Positions 49,957 to 59,884 of a stretch of DNA of 64,000 nt are shown one piece after another; within the stretch, counting starts at the first letter, position 1, and every line of letters starts with the position of its first letter. Source of the stretch: an uncultured virus (IMG/VR IMGVR_UViG_3300005460_000001) (lineage: Duplodnaviria; Heunggongvirae; Uroviricota; Caudoviricetes). A model generated the notes under the pieces. It did not search any database and was not told the DNA's origin. It saw only the letters and a program-made list of their open reading frames with translations. The position numbers and the translations under genes are program-made. The stretch is from the IMG/VR virus record IMGVR_UViG_3300005460_000001, positions 62,001-126,000 of that record, one strand, 5' to 3'.

Positions 49957-51120
49957 ATGAGTACAACAAATAAGGAACTCATGATACCAATTATTGGAAC
50001 TGTACCTAGCGCTAATATAGATAAAGTCCCAATAAATGAAGAGGATAAAGTCATTTACACTTCAGACACCGGAGAGCAGTTTGTAGATATCAATGGAGTA
50101 AGAACCAAGATAAGCGATGTTAAGGTATGCGTTTATACCGGAGTCGATGCATTTTTATCAGAGTTAACAGACAAAGATAACAAGAAGCTATTAGTTGCTT
50201 GTCATACATTAGTAGACGAAATCGAAACCGCTGAGCTTTTTATTTACGATCGACACGATGAATTGGATTTGGATGCTATATTTAATGTGCTCCAACTGAT
50301 TCCTATAAAGAAAACTAATTATACCAGAGTCAATAAATCGGCATTTATCACTTCTCCAGAGTATAATACTTTTATTCCTGTTGTATTGGAACTGAACAAT
50401 GAAAAAGCAGAGGTATTATTAGATTTATCTACTGATTCGGTCAGTTATATACTCAAAATTAATAATGATAAATGTATTTCAGATAAGGCTTTACCTGAAA
50501 ACTTTCACATTTATAAATCCGATAGGAGAATGTTTTTATGCATCAAACAAACGAGTCAACCGTCCGGTATATCCGCTAAACTGATAAGTGAAACCGATAG
50601 CTGCACTTACTTTGTAGATAAGCATTGGTCAGAAACAAACGCCCCCGATTTGTCTACGTATACAGAAGTTACAGTAGAAGTAACTACAAATCTCCCCACC
50701 GTAGAAGATGTTGTAGGTCCTAAGGTATTAGCATGTGGAACTGCAATTATACAACCATTTTTCGATAGCGGTGCGTGGGACCCGTTAACTGTAGAGTTAT
50801 GTACTATTCCTGTTAAATTTGCTGGTAGTAATACTGTCGAAATCTCTAACTATATTGGAAATCTGTGTATAACAGCCACCGCAAGAGCTTCATGTGGATA
50901 TGGCGATAGACCAAAAGCTACTCCGAATTATATATCAAACGTTATCATACCGGTGATTATAACCAATAGTAATCCGGCAAACGACAGCGTAACTTTCTAT
51001 GGAACAATAGATCTTCCAACAATAGATTCATTTACAGAAGAAGCATTAGATTTGGCTATTAGCATAAGTTATATGGTAGTAGAAAAAGAAAAGTTAGGTA
51101 GTAACAGTCTTGTTCAATGA
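49957..51120 (+). CDS. probable virion/tail-associated protein
   Basis: ORF with RBS in the structural cluster. Confidence 0.6.
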   Translation: MSTTNKELMIPIIGTVPSANIDKVPINEEDKVIYTSDTGEQFVDINGVRTKISDVKVCVYTGVDAFLSELTDKDNKKLLVACHTLVDEIETAELFIYDRHDELDLDAIFNVLQLIPIKKTNYTRVNKSAFITSPEYNTFIPVVLELNNEKAEVLLDLSTDSVSYILKINNDKCISDKALPENFHIYKSDRRMFLCIKQTSQPSGISAKLISETDSCTYFVDKHWSETNAPDLSTYTEVTVEVTTNLPTVEDVVGPKVLACGTAIIQPFFDSGAWDPLTVELCTIPVKFAGSNTVEISNYIGNLCITATARASCGYGDRPKATPNYISNVIIPVIITNSNPANDSVTFYGTIDLPTIDSFTEEALDLAISISYMVVEKEKLGSNSLVQ

Positions 51121-51174
51121 AATAATATGCTCAAAACATGCATATAATGTATTCATGGAAAGGAGACCACTACA

Positions 51175-51348
51175 ATGCAGTCATTAGACATTAAGCTTGT
51201 AAATAGTTTAAGAACAAATATCGAAGAATCTGTTGCAGATGATGATATCGGTAGTCACATTGATTATCTTGCAGAATTAGCAACGGATAAAGATATTTTG
51301 GAAGGTAATTATGAAACGGAAGGAGACGATAACAATGAATCTGAATAA
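51175..51348 (+). CDS. small acidic protein (57 aa)
   Basis: AAGGAG RBS, late promoter 51135-51146; MQSLDIKLVNSLR... Confidence 0.6.
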   Translation: MQSLDIKLVNSLRTNIEESVADDDIGSHIDYLAELATDKDILEGNYETEGDDNNESE

Positions 51349-51673
51349 TAGTGAATTAAAGGCAATAAATTCCGATTTTGATGAAGTCGATATGACTATC
51401 AGAACAGATCAAAGATTCGATGAAGCTATAGCTGCTGCAGATGCTGGGGAGTATGATCTTGCAGATTCTTTAGTTAGAAAAATGGCAGAAAACGGAACCA
51501 TTAATCTTACTGAGGATAGTGAAGCCATAGAGTACAACCCAGAAGATGACGATGCTATGTGTCCAGAGGATTGCATGGCTGAAGATATAAGAGAATTAGC
51601 ATCCGAAAATGACTATGACGATGAGGACGGAGAGCTTATCGATTCGGTGATGGGAGACGATTATTATGAGTAA
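51335..51673 (+). CDS. acidic hypothetical protein
   Basis: AAGGAG RBS before ATG 51335. Confidence 0.65.
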   Translation: MNLNNSELKAINSDFDEVDMTIRTDQRFDEAIAAADAGEYDLADSLVRKMAENGTINLTEDSEAIEYNPEDDDAMCPEDCMAEDIRELASENDYDDEDGELIDSVMGDDYYE

Positions 51674-51755
51674 AGGAATGTTAACTGCCCCTGGGGGGGG
51701 GGGTAAGAAATAATTATATAGATACTATTCCTCCATTTGAGAGGAGGGATAAATC

Positions 51756-52226
51756 ATGAGTATTGGAAATTTATCTATACCCTGTAAGTTACCTACTGTA
51801 AGCAGTGAATATGGTTTAAATGTAACTCTTTCCGGTAGTAATTTAGGAAATATGGAACAATCAAGCGCTTTTGTGCATCAAATACTCGTAGATAGCAAAA
51901 AAGCATTTTCAAAATACTTAGTATCTGTTAGTGTGAGCATATTAAATAGCTCCGATGCAAAGGTATCAACTTATGATGCTTCCGCTTCATGCATTCTTGA
52001 TGGCATCAAAAGTGAATCAAAAGTTAAGATGGATCTATATCAATATAGTACTAAAATCGCATCATCCACTGTAAATTTTTTACTGGGTCAAGATTATTAT
52101 AAAAGTAAGTATATATTAGGAATCGACTATTTTTCAGGAGAATTTGCATTGGATGCAACTCGCGATTTAAGTAGTGGAACATACAAATTCAAAGCGAAAT
52201 TTGCAGCTGTTCCAATAAGCGATTAA
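51756..52226 (+). CDS. small beta-rich protein (tail/receptor-binding-like)
   Basis: GGAGG RBS; N-terminus MSIGNL resembles 47256. Confidence 0.65.
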   Translation: MSIGNLSIPCKLPTVSSEYGLNVTLSGSNLGNMEQSSAFVHQILVDSKKAFSKYLVSVSVSILNSSDAKVSTYDASASCILDGIKSESKVKMDLYQYSTKIASSTVNFLLGQDYYKSKYILGIDYFSGEFALDATRDLSSGTYKFKAKFAAVPISD

Positions 52227-52250
52227 TGAAATCCAGGAGGAATATCAAAA

Positions 52251-52913
52251 ATGATAGTAACAATAAAACCAAGAGGATGCTCCATTGTAGGAGTATTACC
52301 AAAAAATAAACCCATAAATGGTGAAATGACTCTTGATCTGAACGAAAGAGAAATAAACTATTGTATGGATAAAGCCGACGTTTTTGATGAAAATGGAGTT
52401 CTATTGACGTCTAAAGTCGTAGAAAAATACGATGGGGCATCGCACACCATAACCAAATCATCAACAACAAATAAGCTTAATCAACAGGTTGAATCTTTTG
52501 ATCGAGAACCGATTGAACCGCCATATGAGCCATTACCGCGAGTTTCTAATATTGTTCTATGCATAAATCCAGTAGAATATACAGATCCAAGCGAATCTGG
52601 TAGAAATACTGTATTTATAGAATACGACCCTAAGAACGATGGTAATATCAACAGTTCGCTTTATGGAATCCTATCTGCTAAAGGCAGAGATGCAACTTTT
52701 CAGCTGTGTAACCCGAATACATTCGTGTTAGGGAAGAAATTCGGTTCCAAGTTTGCTGATTTTGTAGCAGATGGGAAAATGGAATGGGCAGTTGAGGTGA
52801 TTCCAAGCAATTCATCGATTGAAAATGTAACTTTATCTGTACAAATAAAGCGTAAAGATACGAATAAAGTAGTTGCATCTGATGAATTGGTTATGCATAT
52901 TAACAAAAAATAA
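52251..52913 (+). CDS. hypothetical protein
   Basis: AGGAGG RBS; N-terminal similarity to 30046-30489. Confidence 0.7.
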   Translation: MIVTIKPRGCSIVGVLPKNKPINGEMTLDLNEREINYCMDKADVFDENGVLLTSKVVEKYDGASHTITKSSTTNKLNQQVESFDREPIEPPYEPLPRVSNIVLCINPVEYTDPSESGRNTVFIEYDPKNDGNINSSLYGILSAKGRDATFQLCNPNTFVLGKKFGSKFADFVADGKMEWAVEVIPSNSSIENVTLSVQIKRKDTNKVVASDELVMHINKK

Positions 52914-52920
52914 AGACTCA

Positions 52921-52948
52921 CCCAGTAAGGTTTTCATGCCTTACTGGG
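52921..52948. terminator. intrinsic terminator
   Basis: cccagtaagg-ttttcatg-ccttactggg. Confidence 0.7.
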
Positions 52949-53200
52949 TATTCTTCTTTGTATTTCTCTTTATGAGGGAAGTTGATGGATTATCCATTTA
53001 TAATGTAAAATGACTACTTAGTCGTCAATAACTAATGTCAATAATTCATCATCTTCCTGCATGTGGCATTGACCTCCTTTCCTCTTATATTCTCTCTATG
53101 AGATAATATTATTCTAATTCATAGTCATAATATATAATCAAGAAAATGCAAACTCACAAAAACGCCCCTACACCCAACTGGGTGTAGGAGAATCATTTTA

Positions 53201-54331
53201 TTATGATATAACGTTTAATCTTGTTACTTGTAAAGTACAATGATTTTCAATATTGACATCGTTGATATCTGAAAATCTCGCTTTAAGATACAGCTTATCA
53301 GTAGGAGTTAACTCCATTTGAACCATACCGCTTAAAAACCCAAGAGGGTATTCCTTATTATCCGGATTAAGGTATATTGTGGTAGTGGTTTCCTCGATGC
53401 GGTCATCGTTTAGGAAAGCAGACATAACCATTTTTGCCGGGTTCCCAGCATGTATATCCATATTCACTTTTAGAGATACAATATAATTTCCGGCCTCTTT
53501 TACTTGAAGATAGCCATCTCTATTTATGTCCAATATACCAAATGAATTACCCACTTCAACATACTGAAACTCTTTGGGTTTTATAATTTCATCCACATTC
53601 ACTTCAGTTGGGCTAAACAGATCATCGTATATTACAGTAAGAAATGCATAAGCAGGAATGCTTTTCTCTACATCTCTATCTAAGTCTTTTAGCTTATCTA
53701 TTACTGTATTATTGATGTTTTTCCCGCGTGTTATAATAGCCCCAAGGCTCTCCAATAAATTATACATATTTACGTCATATACAATACTTTCTGTATCCAA
53801 GTAATATGACTCATAAGAGGTTTCTACAAACTTCCCAGGTATATTATTTGGAATACTATTGAATGCTATAGATTTTAACACTTTCACATCCATTGATTCA
53901 TAGTTTTCAGATTCTACCCATATTCCTCCAACATTAACTACAGATCCGTTTTCTACTATAGTTTGCATACTAACTATAATATTCGGGTTGGTATCGTATT
54001 CAGATAGTGGTATACACTTACATCTAGTATCTGCTATTTTCAGTATACCCTCAGAAATGATACCTTCTACATTTACAATAGCAGAAGATATAGTTTGTTT
54101 ATCTTTTCCATATGCAGTAAGAACAAAACATTCTTGGAAAGGATATCGAAGAGTATTGTCGTTGCTCATTCTAATCTCAACAAGTCTGGTATAAAGATAT
54201 TTATCCTTATTTTCTATGAAATGATCAGGATATGATAATCCGGAAATATTATCTTTCCCTGTATTAAAGTACCATAACTCTCCTTTATCATCCGTATAAT
54301 TAGCATTATGAATTGTTACTTCTTGTGCCAT
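53201..54331 (-). CDS. virion protein with C-terminal C1q/BclA-like jelly-roll domain
   Basis: G.LQVKEAGNYIVSLKV...L.PTDKLYL pattern. Confidence 0.55.
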   Translation of the reverse strand: MAQEVTIHNANYTDDKGELWYFNTGKDNISGLSYPDHFIENKDKYLYTRLVEIRMSNDNTLRYPFQECFVLTAYGKDKQTISSAIVNVEGIISEGILKIADTRCKCIPLSEYDTNPNIIVSMQTIVENGSVVNVGGIWVESENYESMDVKVLKSIAFNSIPNNIPGKFVETSYESYYLDTESIVYDVNMYNLLESLGAIITRGKNINNTVIDKLKDLDRDVEKSIPAYAFLTVIYDDLFSPTEVNVDEIIKPKEFQYVEVGNSFGILDINRDGYLQVKEAGNYIVSLKVNMDIHAGNPAKMVMSAFLNDDRIEETTTTIYLNPDNKEYPLGFLSGMVQMELTPTDKLYLKARFSDINDVNIENHCTLQVTRLNVIS

Positions 54332-55723
54332 TTATGGAGTCACCCCCGTTCTTATATTCCCTTTAAGTTCCCATACATTTGAATTTGTCTTTTGATAGAT
54401 ATTTCCTTCTGCAATGTCTATAGATATGTCAAACTTACCTCCCATTGTTGGAGAAGGTAATCCATTAAAAAACATAACCGATGTGTTTGTTGGAACCCAT
54501 ATTCTATTGCCCATATATTTATAATAAGTATTAATATCAGTAACGAATGTGATTAGTCCCACATACGGCTGTTTAATGTAAGCAAGATCATCATAGTTAT
54601 CTACGGTGAATCTGGAATCCACAGGGGATGTAGTAAGCACATCAAACCCAGTAAACACCTCAGACTGTTCTCCTTCAGAAGTTAAGTCATGCCAATCAAG
54701 GTCATATGCAAAAGTATAAGTTATATCACGAAGATATCTTACTTTAGCTTTTGTATCTATGGGTTTTCTAGCTACATATATCACATAACCTTCTTTATCC
54801 ACATTATTATTTAATGTGTCTAATTTTACATAACTATTATGCCCGTAGAACTTAGTGATATCAACTCCATTTATGTCTTTAATACACATTAAAGAGTTCC
54901 ATCTTAACGGAACCATAATAAACGGGCATAGTTGATCTTTATCTGCTACTATATCAAAAAATCCTTTCTGTTCCTGATTAATGGGAACCAGTCTCGTATC
55001 TACACGGTCTTTTAATTTAATAAGACCATTAAGATATGCATTTAGTTCTTCATTAGGTAAAGCTGGTTCTAATAATCCATCTTTTGCGTATCCTACATAA
55101 ATCGGAAGGATGAATTCATAAGTAATCTTATAAGAAGTTACTACGTTCTTATTATCAGAAACCTCAAAATAATATATAAGGTCATTATTACATCCAGGAA
55201 TTCTAAATGAAACCGTGGTTTCTTTTCCAGGTTGTAATGAAAGGATTTTATTTTCCATGATATCAGTTTTATTATTCTGAACACGAACAAAACTACATCT
55301 TGTAAGTTTTTCAGACCCAGCCTTTAATCTAAGTGTAAATGTATTTGCCTTGGTCATGGTTCCTTTTTGTTTGTACACTATTATATCTGTATTGTCTTCA
55401 GATACATACTCTCCGAAATCTGGATCTGCAGATGTATTAAGAATCTGATTAATCTCTGGAGGATAATATGGATAAAGTACATTATTTACAAACTCATATA
55501 AGTCCGTATCTACAGATTCGCCCTCTGCAAATCCTAATTTAGACTTAATAATGGGATTCTCATTAATAAACCTAACACAGTCAGCAGATGTTACTATATC
55601 CACATCAGAAACAACAGTTTCCTGACCAGTAGATGAATCAGTTTCTATAAACTGCACTCTATATGTGGGAAGCCCAGACGAACTAACCTTAAACTGCTCA
55701 GATGCCGCTACTCTTAATTCCAT
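54332..55723 (-). CDS. virion structural/tail-associated protein
   Basis: late operon; GFDV...PVDSR...YVGL...YYKY module. Confidence 0.55.
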   Translation of the reverse strand: MELRVAASEQFKVSSSGLPTYRVQFIETDSSTGQETVVSDVDIVTSADCVRFINENPIIKSKLGFAEGESVDTDLYEFVNNVLYPYYPPEINQILNTSADPDFGEYVSEDNTDIIVYKQKGTMTKANTFTLRLKAGSEKLTRCSFVRVQNNKTDIMENKILSLQPGKETTVSFRIPGCNNDLIYYFEVSDNKNVVTSYKITYEFILPIYVGYAKDGLLEPALPNEELNAYLNGLIKLKDRVDTRLVPINQEQKGFFDIVADKDQLCPFIMVPLRWNSLMCIKDINGVDITKFYGHNSYVKLDTLNNNVDKEGYVIYVARKPIDTKAKVRYLRDITYTFAYDLDWHDLTSEGEQSEVFTGFDVLTTSPVDSRFTVDNYDDLAYIKQPYVGLITFVTDINTYYKYMGNRIWVPTNTSVMFFNGLPSPTMGGKFDISIDIAEGNIYQKTNSNVWELKGNIRTGVTP

Positions 55724-55737
55724 TTTTACTCACCTCC

Positions 55738-56109
55738 TTATACTCTCTTTAGCCCTAACTGTCTGCTTATACCAACAGAAATGGGTAGATTTATCTGAGA
55801 TCTAATAGATACTTGGTCACATTCCTCTATGTAAAAGTTTCCAGGAACTCTCCTATTTACAGGAATGGATTCACCTTTCGGTATTACTAATACATTCCCG
55901 CCTTCATTGCTGAATAAAGTCCCAACTGAACCTGGTACTACATTAATAACCGCGGCCATATATCCAGCAATAGTATCTAATGTTACTCTTTTAGATTTTT
56001 CATTTTGTACTATGAGTAGATAATTTTTACCTTGAACTTTTCCTATCTCTTCAAGGTCATTTATATCCTTTACGTCTAATAAAGACTTTCCACTTAAATC
56101 ATCAGCCAT
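55738..56109 (-). CDS. small tail-associated protein
   Basis: N-terminal I.DL......YL.I......KRVTL motif shared with 59885, 60326 and 61957 ORFs; late promoter 56137-56148. Confidence 0.6.
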   Translation of the reverse strand: MADDLSGKSLLDVKDINDLEEIGKVQGKNYLLIVQNEKSKRVTLDTIAGYMAAVINVVPGSVGTLFSNEGGNVLVIPKGESIPVNRRVPGNFYIEECDQVSIRSQINLPISVGISRQLGLKRV

Positions 56110-56204
56110 GACTCTAAACTCCTTTCTTGGGTTAATTAATATGATGTTTCACCTATAACGACAAAGAAAACCGTACAGCTTTATGCTGTACGGCTATTCT
56201 TAAT

Positions 56205-57326
56205 CTAAATAGATTTTAAAAATAATAATGGAACTGTAATGGTAAAATTCTTAGCTTCTGCATTTCCTCTATTGGAGAAACTAGTTCTAATGCCAATAGT
56301 ATTTTCATTAGGATGACTAATAAATATATTATATACATGTATTTGGTCATGATCGACCGTAGGGGGTAAATAGGACAGATAATAGTACCCAGCAGGAATG
56401 GTTATAGTGTTATCTGCAGTATTGATCATACCACCAGGCAAGCTGGGAACTATATTATGAGAAGAAATTATAATAGCAAAGTCTTGAAAACTGCTCTTGA
56501 ATACCAATTCGTTTTTTGTCCACGTTCCATTTCTGATTGTATAAAATTGAGGGATTGAGAAATCATCATTTGGATGTGAAAAACACAACGCATACCCGTA
56601 TAATTTGTTATGATATGAGAAACAAGTCCACACCACATCACTAGTACCAAAATGAGTGAGAATAACCCTATATCCTCCTGCTGCAGGGACATTCTCAAAC
56701 GCTTCATTCCAATATTTCTGCAAAACTTCTATGTGTGAACTGCATTCTCTATCTATATATTTCTTCAATTTGAAATCGAAATTACTGGGGTTTAATGCTA
56801 ATTGTAATTCAGTAATGTCTTCCTTATCAATATTCCATTCACTCCACGTTTGCCCCGAGTTTCCAGTAGATACAATCCCAACTTTTCCAGATAGATAACT
56901 GTATAAAACAATATCACCGATTTCATTTGTTCTTTTAAGTATCATTCCTGTAGCGTATTTCCATTCCGGTGCACCACTTGGTAATTCTTGATATGGAGTA
57001 CTTTCGTTTGTACTAATTGGTGTGATGCCGAATTGTGCATTTGTGAATAATGTAGTTTTTGTCTCGTCTGGTCCAAATTGAACCATTTTAAGATTCTTTA
57101 ATAAATCTTTTGATATATCTGAACTACTGATTTTTCCAGTATTATTTGTCTGTAAAATAGAATTCGGTTTCAAATCCGAATTTAGAATAGTATTTTCTAA
57201 AGTAGCATATAGTTTAGATAGTTTGCCAAGTGCAACACTCATAGAATCTCCAGATTCAACGTTTGCTAATTGAGTTGCTTGCTCGAATGTAATAGAATCT
57301 TTTATGTCAATATTTCCCAGATGCAT
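56205..57326 (-). CDS. tail fibre-like protein
   Basis: TFEQA..LANVESGDSMSVALGKLSK segment resembling Clostridial phage tail fibres. Confidence 0.6.
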   Translation of the reverse strand: MHLGNIDIKDSITFEQATQLANVESGDSMSVALGKLSKLYATLENTILNSDLKPNSILQTNNTGKISSSDISKDLLKNLKMVQFGPDETKTTLFTNAQFGITPISTNESTPYQELPSGAPEWKYATGMILKRTNEIGDIVLYSYLSGKVGIVSTGNSGQTWSEWNIDKEDITELQLALNPSNFDFKLKKYIDRECSSHIEVLQKYWNEAFENVPAAGGYRVILTHFGTSDVVWTCFSYHNKLYGYALCFSHPNDDFSIPQFYTIRNGTWTKNELVFKSSFQDFAIIISSHNIVPSLPGGMINTADNTITIPAGYYYLSYLPPTVDHDQIHVYNIFISHPNENTIGIRTSFSNRGNAEAKNFTITVPLLFLKSI

Positions 57327-57350
57327 ATTTAATTCCTCCTTTATCTATTA

Positions 57351-57810
57351 TTATACGCCTCCGGCGGTTAAATGCCCAAAACTATTTATTTTTATTTTGT
57401 ATGAAGCACCTCTTGGCCATTCAAATCTTTCAGATAAAAATCGTATATCCGATTGTTGAACTCTAAATGATATATTGAATTTGTCTGCGTACGAATCAAT
57501 AAATGGAATATTATCAACGGAATATTCATAAGTACCAATCTTTCTAAAAAGATTAATACCACTATAAATAGTTTTCCACGTTGGCTCTTCGTTGCCGCCA
57601 TAATCAATATATTCAATATCAGAATCTATATATAACCCATAAAGCAACTGATCATTATCTAAAAGTAACTTCTTATATGTATTACCGGTTGATATAGATA
57701 AAGTTGCAACTTGGGTTGCGTTTATCTCAATTTCTTTACTAATAATTACTTCATGAAAGATAATTGGTTTGTTTTTATCTGGGGGAGGGGGTGATTATTC
57801 CTTTACTCAT
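57351..57810 (-). pseudogene. small gene frameshifted at C5-T-C5 tract (57781-57791)
   Basis: MSKGIITPSPR*; shifted frame DKNKPIIFHEV... is open into ORF 57351-57647. Confidence 0.65.
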
Positions 57811-57829
57811 AATCTTGTACCTCTTTATA

Positions 57830-58275
57830 CTATTTTTTATATCCTATTACTTTACATACTCTCCATGCACTAGTATCGTATTTAGTTATTGTAAACGTTC
57901 CATCGGATTTGAACAATACTCGCGAGACAGATAGCGCACCGCGCGCTAAAGTATCGTTTGACCCCACGATTGTTAACTCAACAGTAAATAAATCTATAGC
58001 ACAATTGTCTGTTCCGTTGTTTAAAATTACAGAATCAATTCCGGAAGCTATACATTTGTTTGGTTTTTTAACGTTCAAGCCCGGAACACACTGAAGTTTA
58101 TAACCGACAGTTGCGGTGCTGTTGTATAAATATAATACTATTGATTCAAAATTATTTATATTATCATTAAGTTTTATTTGACTAGTTAAGCCTAACCCAT
58201 TATCAAAATCCGACTCAAATAAAACTACCCCCCCCCGTTCGATAATTCGGTAGACATATTTCCTAAATTGCTCAT
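57830..58275 (-). pseudogene. small tail/receptor-binding-like gene frameshifted at G9 tract (58228-58236)
   Basis: MSNLGNMSTELSNGGG*; one extra G gives VVLFESDFDNG... open into ORF 57830-58078. Confidence 0.7.
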
Positions 58276-58292
58276 TTTATTTTCTCCTTTCT

Positions 58293-59870
58293 TTATATAC
58301 CTCTTTTGGGTACACCATTTATTCCAATCCACGTAACAGCTCTTTTTGGCTCTCCGTCGATACTAATAAAGCACTGTCCTCGCTTCTGAACTTTGTTGAC
58401 GCCTATATGTGCCGTTTTTGCTATTCCGGTTAATACAAGATCATGGCCATTGCTTGTATCATCCCAATCTTTCCATTCTCCATGTGTAGTAAGGCAAAAA
58501 TCCATCGTTACCTTATTGGTATCAGTGTAGCATCTATATATACTGTCGAGCTCCGCTTGTGTTGGTCTCCATGTATAACTTACATTCTCTGCTGTTCTTT
58601 GTATATTGTCATAAGAGAATGTTGCACTTCTGCTTTCTTTACCAGTAACTGTTATTTTAAGCTTTAATGGATATGATGATTTACAAGTAAATGCAAGAGT
58701 TATTTCACATCCAAATGGTTGCATAGTTACAGGTTTAATACGTGATCTATCTAACGTAGTTCCAGATGCACTTACAGTAGACGATGTTAAATAATCTAAA
58801 GCAGCAGTAGATATACCATAAAATCTTATAGTATGCTCGGTATTTGGATTAAACCATTTTGCAGTAAAGGTTCCCAACTTCCCACTAACTCCAGAAATTT
58901 CTGTAAAGCTTCCGTCATCTATACTAAAGAATGCCTTTGCTAAATCTTTATTGGAATTCCATGTAAAAGTTATTTGTTCCAAATTGATAGAAGATACCCT
59001 CAACGCTACAACAGGAGGAGCATTTCTCGTTCTCACATTTATGGTCAAGATATTACTATTTCCAGCTTCATTTTGTCCCTGTATCTCCACTTTATAAGAT
59101 GTACCTGCTGTTAACCCCGTAATGGTACAACTATACATCGTACTTATTTCTACCCAACGGCCACCATTAAGCCTATACCACATTCGGGTAGGCGGATCTC
59201 CACTGGACAATTTCCAACTTAAACTGATAGAATTAATAGATTTTGAAACTCCGGATTTAACTTGGTTATCGGATGGGTTGGTATAAGGATTACTATTAGC
59301 TATGCTTCCTAAAACTGGAGGCTGTATTAATGGAATATTATTAGTTGGGATTTCGAGCACCGGGTCGCTGGAATCTGGAATGAACCCAGTCACATAACCG
59401 TTATGAGATACATATTTAAGACTTCCTGTCACGCCCCCAATTGGAGGATCAACCGAAATATTGGTAAAGGTTATTTTACCAACCTTTCCAGTATGCATAG
59501 CCTGTGATTGTATCTTTTCGTTCCATGGCCCGTCTAAGTCATATATCCCTCCCCCAGGCTTGTAGTATCCTTCTACTGATATATTGAAAACTATGCTATG
59601 TGTTTGTTTAGTAATAGTACCATTAGCATTTTTTATTTCCTCTATATATGATACTGTCATCGGGATATTATCGGCATTCCACTGATACGGAGTACCTCCG
59701 GAACCAGCAGCTGCACTGGCATTTGATCTTGCATTAATTTTTAGTACATAATGTGTTCTGTCGCTACTTGGACTTACAGAAAGTTTAATTTCAAACCATA
59801 CCCATGTTACTTTAGATCCGCAATGTGTACACCTACCATATAAATTTAGATAACGAACCTCTTCAGCCAT
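58293..59870 (-). CDS. fibronectin type III domain tail protein
   Basis: SISLSW...Y...TITGLTAGTSYKVEIQGQNEAG. Confidence 0.7.
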   Translation of the reverse strand: MAEEVRYLNLYGRCTHCGSKVTWVWFEIKLSVSPSSDRTHYVLKINARSNASAAAGSGGTPYQWNADNIPMTVSYIEEIKNANGTITKQTHSIVFNISVEGYYKPGGGIYDLDGPWNEKIQSQAMHTGKVGKITFTNISVDPPIGGVTGSLKYVSHNGYVTGFIPDSSDPVLEIPTNNIPLIQPPVLGSIANSNPYTNPSDNQVKSGVSKSINSISLSWKLSSGDPPTRMWYRLNGGRWVEISTMYSCTITGLTAGTSYKVEIQGQNEAGNSNILTINVRTRNAPPVVALRVSSINLEQITFTWNSNKDLAKAFFSIDDGSFTEISGVSGKLGTFTAKWFNPNTEHTIRFYGISTAALDYLTSSTVSASGTTLDRSRIKPVTMQPFGCEITLAFTCKSSYPLKLKITVTGKESRSATFSYDNIQRTAENVSYTWRPTQAELDSIYRCYTDTNKVTMDFCLTTHGEWKDWDDTSNGHDLVLTGIAKTAHIGVNKVQKRGQCFISIDGEPKRAVTWIGINGVPKRGI

Positions 59871-59884
59871 CTAAATCACCACCC

